Position numbers and translations under genes: made by a program | Virus record (IMG/VR): IMGVR_UViG_3300010163_001518 | Coordinates: 1-64,000 of that record | Direction: 5' to 3' (one strand) | Source of the DNA: a virus | Lineage: Duplodnaviria; Caudoviricetes | Length of the DNA: 64,000 nucleotides | Shown here: piece by piece, positions 27,465-35,932 of the stretch | How positions within the stretch are numbered: position 1 is the first letter of the stretch | Layout of the letters: every line of letters begins with the position of its first letter | The notes under the pieces: model-generated | What the model saw: only the letters and a program-made list of their open reading frames with translations | What the model was told of the DNA's origin: nothing | Databases searched by the model: none

Positions 27465-27699
27465 GGTGTGACTCCTTCCTTGTCGTTTGGTGAGTATCTG
27501 CCTCCTCCTCTGTGACCTCTCCGTCGTAGAGGAGGTAGGTGTCCGAGTAGAGCATATAGAGGCCCAGCGGGCCCACGAGGAGGGCGGCGGTCGCGTCGTT
27601 GTCTTCCGGCTCCGGCCCTCCATAGGAGGCCAGCAGCAGCATGAGCCACGCGATCGCGATGAGGGCGACGCCCATGAGCCGCTGTTTTCTCATTTTCAT
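27292..27699 (-). CDS. Small membrane protein; 3' end uncertain, overlaps gam
   Basis: Two hydrophobic segments in first 50 aa. Confidence 0.5.
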   Translation of the reverse strand: MKMRKQRLMGVALIAIAWLMLLLASYGGPEPEDNDATAALLVGPLGLYMLYSDTYLLYDGEVTEEEADTHQTTRKESHHGKKARYRGPEPPLLGGRERRPPADRRGDDRPRRHPERDAEASRRSAARSRAAEQAL

Positions 27700-27718
27700 T
27701 GTCTCAACCTCCCGCCCG

Positions 27719-28699
27719 TTAGAGCATCATGAGGCTCGAGGCTTGCTCGATCGTCTTGAGGGTGACGAGGTTCTCGCCCCTCTCCTCGAGGATGCGCTTG
27801 ACGTTGGAGAGGGTACGGTCGAGGAGGCGGAAGCATCCAGTCTGCATATTACAGGCCCGGGCCTTGAGCTCGACCATGGCGTCGGGAGCGACCTCGAACT
27901 CGGAGACGTACTTCTCCACCTCCGAGGGTTCGAGCCCCTTGAGGGAGATGTAGAAGTCGACCCGGTTCGCCATGCGGGCGAGGTAGGTCTTGATCGCGGC
28001 CTCGAGCTTCGGCTCCCCGGCGATCACGACCCCGACGTCGCTCTGGTCGAAGATCGCCCGGAGTATCTCCATCTTCTTCTGCGTGTACTTCGAGACGAGC
28101 TTGTCGGCCTCGTCGATAATGAGGAGGTAGCCCTTGTTCGTGTTGAAGAAGTCCCGGATGCCGTTGACCCTGCGCCAGATCGTCCCGTAGCCGCTCGGGA
28201 TGCCGAGGGACTTCTCGATCGCCTCCACAAGATCGCGGCTGCTCATGGTGTCGTCACACTCGATATAGGCGACCCGGGGGAGCTTCGCGTAGTGCCGGAG
28301 GCTGTAGGTCTTCCCGTAGCCGCTCCGGGCGACCACGATGCCGAGGCCGATGTACTCTTGACAGGATTGACACACGCCCAGGACGTTGACCGCGTCCCGC
28401 GTCTCGAGGAAGGAGGGCTTCCGCCCGGTCTTCCCGGGCCGCTCCGGGACGTCCACGGTCTCGCCCGTGCGCCGGGCCAGCCAGTCGGCGAGGAGGGCCT
28501 CGATGGTGGTGATGTCCCCCTCATACTTCCCCGCAAGATAGCGGGAGATCGTCGGGCGGGAGTAGCCGGGGATTTCGTTCGCGAGGGTGGCGATGCTCGT
28601 CCGCGTGGCGGCGAGGTATTCGTTGATCTGCTGGGCGAGAGGCTTGCCCTGGGTATAGGTGGCGGTCTGCTCCGCCGCTGCTGCTGTTCTGACTTCCAT
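27719..28699 (-). CDS. Transposition ATPase (MuB-like, AAA)
   Basis: ARSGYGKT Walker A, LLIIDEAD Walker B; N-terminal HTH. Confidence 0.93.
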   Translation of the reverse strand: MEVRTAAAAEQTATYTQGKPLAQQINEYLAATRTSIATLANEIPGYSRPTISRYLAGKYEGDITTIEALLADWLARRTGETVDVPERPGKTGRKPSFLETRDAVNVLGVCQSCQEYIGLGIVVARSGYGKTYSLRHYAKLPRVAYIECDDTMSSRDLVEAIEKSLGIPSGYGTIWRRVNGIRDFFNTNKGYLLIIDEADKLVSKYTQKKMEILRAIFDQSDVGVVIAGEPKLEAAIKTYLARMANRVDFYISLKGLEPSEVEKYVSEFEVAPDAMVELKARACNMQTGCFRLLDRTLSNVKRILEERGENLVTLKTIEQASSLMML

Positions 28700-28709
28700 G
28701 ATGTTCCTC

Positions 28710-30776
28710 CTATTCGTTCATGGCCCTCAAACGGGCGAGGGCGTCGTCTGCCTTCTTGCCGAGGAACTCGTCCCCGGACGCCTTCTTCTTGTGGGCCCGG
28801 CTTGTGGCCTCGGCCCTGTATTCCTTATCCAGCGGGAGCGAGATGCACTTCGAGGGCCGCTCGGCCTTGATCGTCAAGTCGATCATGCCGACCGCCTCGG
28901 AGGGCCGTCCGCCCTCCTCCCCCCGGAGCTCATAGGGCCGCGTCATGCTGTCCAGTATCTCGCGCATTTCGCGCTCCTGCCGCTTCTGATCGCGGAGGTG
29001 CTTCTCAAGTGCCGCTTGCGAACAGTGGGGCCCGAAGGCCAGCAGCTCGGGGGAGACGGCCTCGCATATCTTCCGGCCCTCCTCGTCGAAGACGTAGAGC
29101 TTCGTCACGTCGTCGATGTCCCACTTCACGCCGACCGTCTTCCCGACGTAGTGCGAGAGCTCGTAGTCGGTGTAGACGGTGCCGAACTTGTTGATGCCGT
29201 AGTTGTAGACCCGGGCCGTCGCTGCCTTCATGAGCAGCATCGCGGCGTATTCCCTGGGCGGTGCGGCCTTCTCGTAGCGTTCGCCGTTCTCAAAGAGCTC
29301 GATCGGCGTGACCCACTTCTCGCCCGCATCCTTGAGGCCCCGGTGTTCCCGGGTGTGGTACTTTTCGTTCTTCCACTTCGTCCAAACCTCGAAGAACTCC
29401 TCCATCGTGAGCAGCTCCCCGCGCTCGAGCATGGCGTCGACGTCCTTCTGCCGCTTCGCGTAGGTCTTGGAGCCCGTGAGGGTTCCGACGTAGGACTCGA
29501 ACCACTTCGAGAACTTGGAGCAGACCGTCCCGAAGAACCGCTCGATCGGTTTGTCCCACGGCTGATAGGGGAGCGACCGTCCGACCTCCTCGATGCCGAT
29601 TGACTGATAGAAGCCCACGGTCTCGGCATCGAAGCTGAACTCGATGTTCCGCTTCTTCCGGCTCTGTCCCGTCATGGTCTGCGCCGTGTAGTCCTTGCCG
29701 TTGTCGACGTGGAGGATGTGGGGGACGCCGCCCGGGTGGGTGTAGATCATCTTGACGAGGCTCTCCTTCAAGGTCTGACTGTTGGCGTCTATACAAGCGA
29801 CGTCGCCCACGATCGCCCGGCTCCTCATATCCAGCCACGCGACGAGCTTCGGGCGGACGGCCTTGATCTTGCCGTTCGGGGCCGTCCACTGTACCCAAAA
29901 ATCGAAAGTGTGCTCGTCGCCGACGACGTACTCCATGACCTTGAGGCTCGTCGCATCCCGGCGTCCCTTGAGCATCATCTTGTTCTTCCACTCCCTCGAG
30001 CCGTTGGCGGCGAGGTAGCGGGCCGAGGCCGCGCCCCGGCTGTCCATGAGATACTTGACATACCGGGCGACGGTCTTGATGCTCGGGAACTCCGCCCAGC
30101 CCCGGCCCTCTGCGATCTCCCCGAACTTCTCGTAGAGCATCTCGATCGTCCCGAGGTTGGCGGCGAAGCGGCGGTCGAACCATATATTCTCGATGACCGC
30201 CCGCTGCTCCGGCGTGAGGCTTGGGAAGGTGTCCTTCTCCCGGGGCTTCCTGCATAGGGACAGGGCCCGGAAGTAGTCCCGGTTCTGCCCGTCCTCCTTT
30301 TCCAGCTTGAGCGCCCAGGCGTTCGCCTTGAGGACGTTGTCGACGTAGCGGTAGAGGGTCGGGAGGCTCACGCCCAGACCCAGCGCGTAGCGTTCGGCGT
30401 AGGCCGTGCGGTCGGGGCCGTCGTAGTCGATGAAGTCCTGGACGCGGGCCGCGAGCTCGACGGCCTCGTAGTATGCCTTCTTGTTCTGCTCGATGTAGTG
30501 ATTGAGGTCGGCCCCGACATACCAGGGGGCCACGTCGGCTCTCTTGTCTATGATGACATCCCTCCCGTCTACCTTCTGCGCGGCCTTCCACGCCTTGCGC
30601 CCCTTCGGGGAGAGGGAGGAGACGGAGATCATAACCTGATCTTTGCCGCCGCCCTCTCGGGGCTGTGTTTTGGTCTTGTATTGCTGCGGGTTGCGTTTCA
30701 CGCGCTTTTGAAAAGTGTCGTATGCGACCCCCTCAAAGGTTGCGGCCTCCTCGAGACCGATGAACACGTCCGGCAC
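28710..30776 (-). CDS. DDE transposase (MuA-like)
   Basis: 688 aa; VVGDEH, LHVDNGKDY, KPIERFF catalytic motifs. Confidence 0.95.
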   Translation of the reverse strand: MPDVFIGLEEAATFEGVAYDTFQKRVKRNPQQYKTKTQPREGGGKDQVMISVSSLSPKGRKAWKAAQKVDGRDVIIDKRADVAPWYVGADLNHYIEQNKKAYYEAVELAARVQDFIDYDGPDRTAYAERYALGLGVSLPTLYRYVDNVLKANAWALKLEKEDGQNRDYFRALSLCRKPREKDTFPSLTPEQRAVIENIWFDRRFAANLGTIEMLYEKFGEIAEGRGWAEFPSIKTVARYVKYLMDSRGAASARYLAANGSREWKNKMMLKGRRDATSLKVMEYVVGDEHTFDFWVQWTAPNGKIKAVRPKLVAWLDMRSRAIVGDVACIDANSQTLKESLVKMIYTHPGGVPHILHVDNGKDYTAQTMTGQSRKKRNIEFSFDAETVGFYQSIGIEEVGRSLPYQPWDKPIERFFGTVCSKFSKWFESYVGTLTGSKTYAKRQKDVDAMLERGELLTMEEFFEVWTKWKNEKYHTREHRGLKDAGEKWVTPIELFENGERYEKAAPPREYAAMLLMKAATARVYNYGINKFGTVYTDYELSHYVGKTVGVKWDIDDVTKLYVFDEEGRKICEAVSPELLAFGPHCSQAALEKHLRDQKRQEREMREILDSMTRPYELRGEEGGRPSEAVGMIDLTIKAERPSKCISLPLDKEYRAEATSRAHKKKASGDEFLGKKADDALARLRAMNE

Positions 30777-30797
30777 CTCGCTCCCTCCTTTCTGCCG

Positions 30798-31022
30798 TTA
30801 TGCTGCGATGGCCTTCTCGACCTTCCTCGGGTCGAGGGCGAGGGCTGCGACGATCGCCGGGAGGTACTTCTCGCCGGAGCGAACGCCGTAGAGGATATAG
30901 CTCAAATACTGCGGCGACGTCCCGATCGTGTCGGCGAGCTGCGTCTTCGTCATGTCCTGATCGGTGAGCGCCTTGACGACGAGCTTCCCGAACGGGGTGA
31001 GCTTTCCGCTCTTGCGGTTCAT
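30798..31022 (-). CDS. Ner/Cro-like HTH regulator
   Basis: MTKTQLADTIGTSPQYLSYIL HTH, directly before transposase. Confidence 0.8.
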   Translation of the reverse strand: MNRKSGKLTPFGKLVVKALTDQDMTKTQLADTIGTSPQYLSYILYGVRSGEKYLPAIVAALALDPRKVEKAIAA

Positions 31023-31057
31023 CGCTGTCCCTCCTTCCTGTGATCTGTTTCTTAGAG

Positions 31058-31474
31058 CTACTTCCGGGCCACGGCTCGGGCGAGGGCGACGCCCACGCCC
31101 ACGAGCGCCGTCGCCTGGACGACGGGGTCGGGGAAGTTCAGCAGCACGGCGGCGGCGGCGAAGCCCAGCGCCGCCACGGCGGCGAGCCCGAAGACGATTG
31201 CCCCGTCCAGCAGCACGTCGGCGAACTTGACCGCCCGGCCCTTGAGCTTGAGCACGGCCTCGGCCCGTTTCCGGCGCTCCTCATTCTCAAGTAAATTGAG
31301 AACGAAGTCCGCCGCCGCGAGGTCGGCCTCCACCTTCTCAAACTGCGCCTCCCGTCCCGGGCGGGCCCGCATGGGAGCCCGGGGGTCGCCGACCGCCCGC
31401 TTCTGCCGGAGCAACTCGAGCCGGAGCGACTCGGCCCAGGCCCGGGCCTCCTTCGTGGTGACGGCCTTGTTCAT
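31058..31474 (-). CDS. Hypothetical membrane protein
   Basis: Two C-terminal TM segments. Confidence 0.65.
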   Translation of the reverse strand: MNKAVTTKEARAWAESLRLELLRQKRAVGDPRAPMRARPGREAQFEKVEADLAAADFVLNLLENEERRKRAEAVLKLKGRAVKFADVLLDGAIVFGLAAVAALGFAAAAVLLNFPDPVVQATALVGVGVALARAVARK

Positions 31475-33015
31475 GTCTGCCCTCCTTTCTGCGCTTGTGA
31501 GAGCCTTTTCTTTGTTACGGCTATAGGGAACTCCTCGATCTCACTCGCCCATAGACAGGTTTCGGGGCCGTTGAGCCGCTCCCATATCAGAGGAAAGCCC
31601 CCTATCCCGTCGAACAGGCTCGCCAGCGTCGGCGGGCGTCTATAGTAAGCAGAGAGCCGTCTTAATATCCACGTCCACGGCGGGAGCGCGATGGAGTTGC
31701 CCAGGGCCTTGTATCGGGTGGTGTCGGAGCATTCCCGGGGCTTGCCCTTGCTGTCCACCCATGGGCCGATGTCTGTCCACCCATCCGGGAAGCCTTGGAG
31801 GCGCTCGCACTCTAAAGGTGTCAGCCGGCGGATGACATCGCTTGTCTCGGGATCGACGATGATGTTCGCCTTTGTTGAGTCTCCTCCGCACGGAGTCCGC
31901 AACGTCGCACCGATGTCGCTCTCGTTCCACCATCCTGCGCCTGTGTTTTGAAAGGCCATGACAACGGGCTGCTCGTGATTGCAGTTGAGCGTCGGGGCAA
32001 GCCCCCGCATGATTTCTGTGTTCGCTTGCCCGGTCGCCATGATGAGCGGCGTATAGTCTGACACGCGGCCCGCGTGATCTCCGACAAGAGTACAAACGGT
32101 CTTTCCGTCGCCGTTTCCCCGGGCGTCATAGACGGCGGGAGTCTGCGCCGTGCAAAGCGTCGGGGACTTCTCGACGGTGTAATCAATTCCCGCTCCGGCT
32201 CCGGCCTGCCATTTGAACGTGGCACACACGACGGGTTGATGCCCGTGCTCTTGGGCCCGAAGCGTCCCCGCAAGCTCTACACACACATCCATAAACCGCC
32301 CGCCTTGATCGTTCACGCAAAAGAGAGTTTGGTCGTTGCTGCATTGGAGCGTCCCAGAGAGCTCCTCTTGAATTAGAGCCCCTTTTCCTCCTCCCGAACA
32401 TCCACCGCGGACTCTAACCGTGAGCGCTCGAGAAGGGCTCGCTCGAGCTCGGGTGGCATCGGCTTTCCCCTCCTCCGAGATCGCCGGAGTATCCCCTTGC
32501 AAGCTCTCGCGCTCAAAGAGTATTTCGGGTGCGGTGAGTCCTCCAAAATCCACGACAAGCGCGATTCGACGGCGACGTTGGGGGACTCCCCAAAACTGTG
32601 CATCAAGAACTCTGTAGGCAAGAGACCACCCGTCTCCATAGTAGGCGTCTGCCAGGGGCCAGCGACCCCGGGGAGGTAGTGGAACGTCGGGCGCGTCCGG
32701 TTCTGCGATACGGATTGTCTCCTCGAGGACGGCCTTAAAGTCCTCTCCTTTGTTGCTTGTGAAGGCTCCGGGCACGTTCTCCCACACCATGAACCGGGGG
32801 CGGATTTCTTGCCCCGTTCTGCCTCGTTTGATGTCTGCATCTCTAAGCTCCTTTACCAGTCTGATCTGCTCCATAAACAGGCCAGAACGGGCCCCGGAGA
32901 GCCCTTCCCGCTTTCCCGCGATGGACAGGTCTTGGCAGGGGCTCCCGCCGATGACCGCATCCACGGGCGGGGCGGTATAGCCAGATATGGAGGTAATGTC
33001 TCCCAGGTGTTTCAT
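31471..33015 (-). CDS. DNA cytosine-5 methyltransferase, circularly permuted (motifs III-X first, then I-II)
   Basis: AAGGAGG RBS before MKHLGDI; GGSPCQD, WENVPG, QRRRR, RRLTPLECERLQGFPD, YKALGNS, then SLFDGIGGF and WASEIE at the C-terminus. Confidence 0.9.
   Translation of the reverse strand: MKHLGDITSISGYTAPPVDAVIGGSPCQDLSIAGKREGLSGARSGLFMEQIRLVKELRDADIKRGRTGQEIRPRFMVWENVPGAFTSNKGEDFKAVLEETIRIAEPDAPDVPLPPRGRWPLADAYYGDGWSLAYRVLDAQFWGVPQRRRRIALVVDFGGLTAPEILFERESLQGDTPAISEEGKADATRARASPSRALTVRVRGGCSGGGKGALIQEELSGTLQCSNDQTLFCVNDQGGRFMDVCVELAGTLRAQEHGHQPVVCATFKWQAGAGAGIDYTVEKSPTLCTAQTPAVYDARGNGDGKTVCTLVGDHAGRVSDYTPLIMATGQANTEIMRGLAPTLNCNHEQPVVMAFQNTGAGWWNESDIGATLRTPCGGDSTKANIIVDPETSDVIRRLTPLECERLQGFPDGWTDIGPWVDSKGKPRECSDTTRYKALGNSIALPPWTWILRRLSAYYRRPPTLASLFDGIGGFPLIWERLNGPETCLWASEIEEFPIAVTKKRLSQAQKGGQT
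32373..32840 (-). CDS. Nested alternative-frame ORF within the C5 MTase (M.EcoHK31I beta-like)
   Basis: 155 aa; AAAGGAG 7 nt before ATG; ESRLSWILEDSPHPKYSLSARACKGILRRSRRRGKPMPPELERAL. Confidence 0.7.
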   Translation of the reverse strand: MQTSNEAERGKKSAPGSWCGRTCPEPSQATKERTLRPSSRRQSVSQNRTRPTFHYLPGVAGPWQTPTMETGGLLPTEFLMHSFGESPNVAVESRLSWILEDSPHPKYSLSARACKGILRRSRRRGKPMPPELERALLERSRLESAVDVREEEKGL

Positions 33016-33363
33016 GTCTTCCTCCTTTTCGTGATCGCCTGGGTCGATAGCATCGGCGAGTCGGCTGAACTGCTCCTCATACTGCCAACGAAGGGCGGAG
33101 GCCAGGCTCTCCTGCGTCATCCCCTCCACGGGGCCGAGGTTGGTGTAGTAGCCATTCACGAAGATGGCCCCCGGGTCTGTGGCGAGGATGGTCTTGATTT
33201 CCCGAACGTCGGCGGGGTCAAAGATGAACTCGTTGTTTTTGTCGATGTCGGGCCAGAAACAAGCGGCCTCCCATCCGCGCCCCTCCTTGTAGAGGGCAAT
33301 CCAGGCGATGCCGTCCCGAGCTTCCTCGAGAACTTCCCGGGCTGTAGTTCTAAGACTTGCCAT
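33016..33363 (-). CDS. Hypothetical phage protein, in frame with the MTase and lacking a stop
   Basis: MASLRTTAREVLEEARDG...; reads directly into MKHLGD. Confidence 0.6.
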
Positions 33364-33392
33364 TTGCTGCTGCTCCTTCCTGTTGTGTGGTG

Positions 33393-33557
33393 TCAACCGA
33401 CCGAGGCCGGGACGACTCCGATCTTGTCGGTGTGTTTGTGGAGGATGACGAGCTCGCCGTTCTGCTTCTGCTTGATGACGAGCCAGTTCTCCGGGGCAAG
33501 GCCCGCCTTGCCGAGCCTGATCTTCTGCTTCCGCGTGGGCTTCTTGCCGTTTCTCAT
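33393..33557 (-). CDS. Small basic phage protein (first early gene)
   Basis: MRNGKKPTRKQKIRL...ENWLV; RBS AAAAGGAGG. Confidence 0.75.
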   Translation of the reverse strand: MRNGKKPTRKQKIRLGKAGLAPENWLVIKQKQNGELVILHKHTDKIGVVPASVG

Positions 33558-33639
33558 GCTGTGCCTCCTTTTCTGCTTCCCTTTTTGGGTGGGGTGTGGT
33601 ATGCTGTGCTTGCTTAAAATTTTAATCTCACCATAGCCT

Positions 33640-33690
33640 ATTATATTTAACAAGTGAGGAATTGTCAATAGGTTTTTCCTCGATTGTTAA
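33640..33690 (-). promoter_or_regulatory. Early lytic promoter with overlapping inverted operator repeats
   Basis: TTGACA (33663-33668), 17 bp, TATAAT (33640-33645); 15-bp inverted repeats 33647-33661 and 33676-33690, 13/15 match. Confidence 0.85.
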
Positions 33691-33716
33691 ATTAAATTTC
33701 ACAAAGGAGGATTTCT

Positions 33717-34220
33717 ATGGAAATTGTATTCTCGGATGTTGGATGCAGGATTGCGGGACGCATCAAAGACCTCGGCCTCAAGCAGTTGGACATCTGCAAT
33801 AAAACAGGGCTTTCGACCACGGCCTTGAGCCAATATTGCACGGGGAAAAGAGTCCCTGACACGGTATCGCTCTACAAAATCGCGACCGCCCTCGGCGTGT
33901 CGATGGAGTGGGTTTTAACGGGTGAGGATTTAACGGTCGAGGACGTGCGTGACGCCGCGCTCGATCTCGCCCAAATCAAAAAAGAACAGGGGCTCACCTG
34001 TGACGGGAGCCCCCTCGACAACATCGAAGCCGATCTTGTCGCCATGTTCCGGCTTCTGCCCCCGTCCCATAGGGAGGAGGTGTTTGACCTCGTCTACTTC
34101 AAGTACAAGCGCCACATAGAAGGGGAAAAAGAGTCTATCTACTGGACGTATTCCGACGAGAGCAGCGACGAAGGAAGCGGCCCCGCCGAAGGCCATAAGA
34201 CCCACGATGAGACCGCTTGA
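33717..34220 (+). CDS. Prophage repressor (XRE HTH)
   Basis: Divergent from early operon; LKQLDICNKTGLSTTALSQYCTGKRVP HTH; RBS AAAGGAGG. Confidence 0.9.
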   Translation: MEIVFSDVGCRIAGRIKDLGLKQLDICNKTGLSTTALSQYCTGKRVPDTVSLYKIATALGVSMEWVLTGEDLTVEDVRDAALDLAQIKKEQGLTCDGSPLDNIEADLVAMFRLLPPSHREEVFDLVYFKYKRHIEGEKESIYWTYSDESSDEGSGPAEGHKTHDETA

Positions 34221-34259
34221 TTTTTTGCGCCTGTATGATTAAAAGATAAATCATTTCAT

Positions 34260-34363
34260 TGTCCGATTGCTTGAAGCCCCTCGGCGAGCGTTGAGAGCCC
34301 CGAAACCGTTGAAAACAGGGCAATCGGACAATCGGACACGGAAACGATGAAAATGTCCGATTG
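34260..34363. repeat. Four copies of TGTCCGATTG in mixed orientation
   Basis: 34260-34269 (+), 34321-34330 (-), 34329-34338 (-), 34354-34363 (+). Confidence 0.8.
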
Positions 34364-34794
34364 CTCCGGGCCGATTTTCGGGCGCTCGGGGCCCGGCGTC
34401 GTGCCCGTATGCACGGCTCGAGTAACGGCTTGTAACGGCCCCGCCCGGCGCGATCGCGGTGATGGAGGCCCTCAAAACGGCCTCTTTTGGAGTGCCGCCG
34501 TTAATTCCTGCACGTTTTAACGCCCCGTTCGCACACCTCGCCCCCTTGCCTTTTTTGGGGGCGTCTGCTATAATTCGACCATGGGCCGCGAAGCCCGTCC
34601 TCTTGCGTCTGCTGCTGCTGCTGACTTCCGGGACGGGTGGAGCGGCCCTCTTGCCGTTTAGGGCCCTGTTTTCAAGGCTTTCGCGGCTCCGTGGCCTCGC
34701 ACACGTCCAGCGCCGCCGACGCCGTCCTGGGCCTGTCCTGGGCTCCCGAGGGCATGAAAAAAGGACGCCGACCGCGTCGACGCCCCGTCTCAAG

Positions 34795-34934
34795 TTATTT
34801 GACAGAACGGGCCCCGCTCGCGGGCCTGTCCCGGTTGAAAATGTCCTGTTTCCCGTTGAAATAGCGGGTTTTCTCACCCGTTCCCGCCGTGTCTCGGTTT
34901 ATCCCGTGTTTCTCAAATATCCTGTCCCCGTACA
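34795..34934 (-). other. Candidate Mu left end with transposase-binding-like repeats
   Basis: Minus strand starts TGTACGGGGACAGG; GGGACAGG/GAAACAGG and TGAGAAA recur; a second TGT at 34804 is an alternative end. Confidence 0.55.
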
Positions 34935-35616
34935 ATTTCTCTTTTTTGAATCGGTCCAGCAGCGCCTCCTCGACGCGGTCGCCGTACTTCAGCCCCAGCA
35001 GGAATACCACCGCGCCCAGCACGCCGATGGCCGCCATGGCCCCCAGCGGCAGCTGGATGGCCGAACTGCCCACAGCACATGCCACCAGCAAGCCCCAGGG
35101 GCGGGTCAGGGCCGTGATGATCAGGAAGCGGCCGAATTTGATGTCCGTCAGCCCGGCCAGAATACAGATCAGGTCGTCCGGGAAAAAGGGGAACAGGAAC
35201 ACCAGGATCAGCAGTGTGTCCCGCTTCCGCCGAATCAGCTCCAAATACCGCTCCGACACCCGCCTGCCCACCATCCGGTCGGCAAATTCCTGGCCCAGCA
35301 CCCGGGCCAGAAGGAACACCACCGCCGACCCCAGCAGCACCGCCCCTGCCGTCAGAAGAAACGCGGGCCACAGCCCGAACGCCACCGCTCCCGCCGCCGC
35401 CGTGATATTGCTGGGGATGGGGGCCACGATCACCGAGGCCAGCTGAACGATAAAGTAGATCAGGTGCGAGTAGGGGCTGAAGCGCTCAATGTAATCCCGC
35501 ACCCCGTCCAGTGATGCGGCAGCTGCAAAAAAACCCGTCTGATACAGAAAAATCAGGCCGCCCCCGATCAGCGCCACCGCGGCCACCAGCGTTCCAACCC
35601 ATTTTTTCTGTCTCAT
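34795..35616 (-). CDS. TVP38/TMEM64 (VTT/DedA) family membrane protein; last ~46 codons probably prophage-derived
   Basis: VIVAPIPSN, LFPFFPDDLICILAGLT motifs; host CTG-rich codon usage. Confidence 0.9.
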   Translation of the reverse strand: MRQKKWVGTLVAAVALIGGGLIFLYQTGFFAAAASLDGVRDYIERFSPYSHLIYFIVQLASVIVAPIPSNITAAAGAVAFGLWPAFLLTAGAVLLGSAVVFLLARVLGQEFADRMVGRRVSERYLELIRRKRDTLLILVFLFPFFPDDLICILAGLTDIKFGRFLIITALTRPWGLLVACAVGSSAIQLPLGAMAAIGVLGAVVFLLGLKYGDRVEEALLDRFKKEKLYGDRIFEKHGINRDTAGTGEKTRYFNGKQDIFNRDRPASGARSVK

Positions 35617-35845
35617 TCCAGTCTCAGCGCCCTTTACATTTTCTTTTCATTAGGCTACCACATTCCCCCTGCGTTTACCATAAAGAAACCATTAAATTTT
35701 TCTTCCTTTTTACAAAAAACCAGCGCGCCCGCTGATCAAACGGGCGCGCTCAACGCACTTGCGTGCGGCATGTTCAGAAAATATATGATATGAAAATAAA
35801 AAACCCACACCAAATGGTGTGGTTCTTTCCAGCATTTTTCCTCAG

Positions 35846-35932
35846 TTACCGCTCACTGAAGATGACTGTCTCTTCCACGCCATAGATCATATCATCAATA
35901 TCCTGCCCATTTACCACAAAAGACCATTTCAT
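35846..35932 (-). CDS. 28-aa small ORF with own promoter, RBS and terminator
   Basis: MKWSFVVNGQDIDDMIYGVEETVIFSER; GGAAAGGAGG RBS; TTGCAA-17-TAAACT; hairpin ~35803-35825. Confidence 0.6.
   Translation of the reverse strand: MKWSFVVNGQDIDDMIYGVEETVIFSER

Larger units (their letters stand above)
1..34934 (-). mobile_element. Mu-like transposable prophage (myovirus type) with DGR; continues beyond the left window edge
   Basis: Colinear Mu-type gene set: repressor, DDE transposase, B ATPase, Gam, GemA, Mor, DUF3486, terminase, DUF935 portal, gpF, gpI protease, gpT capsid, sheath, tube, baseplate; candidate TGT terminus at 34934. Confidence 0.95.
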
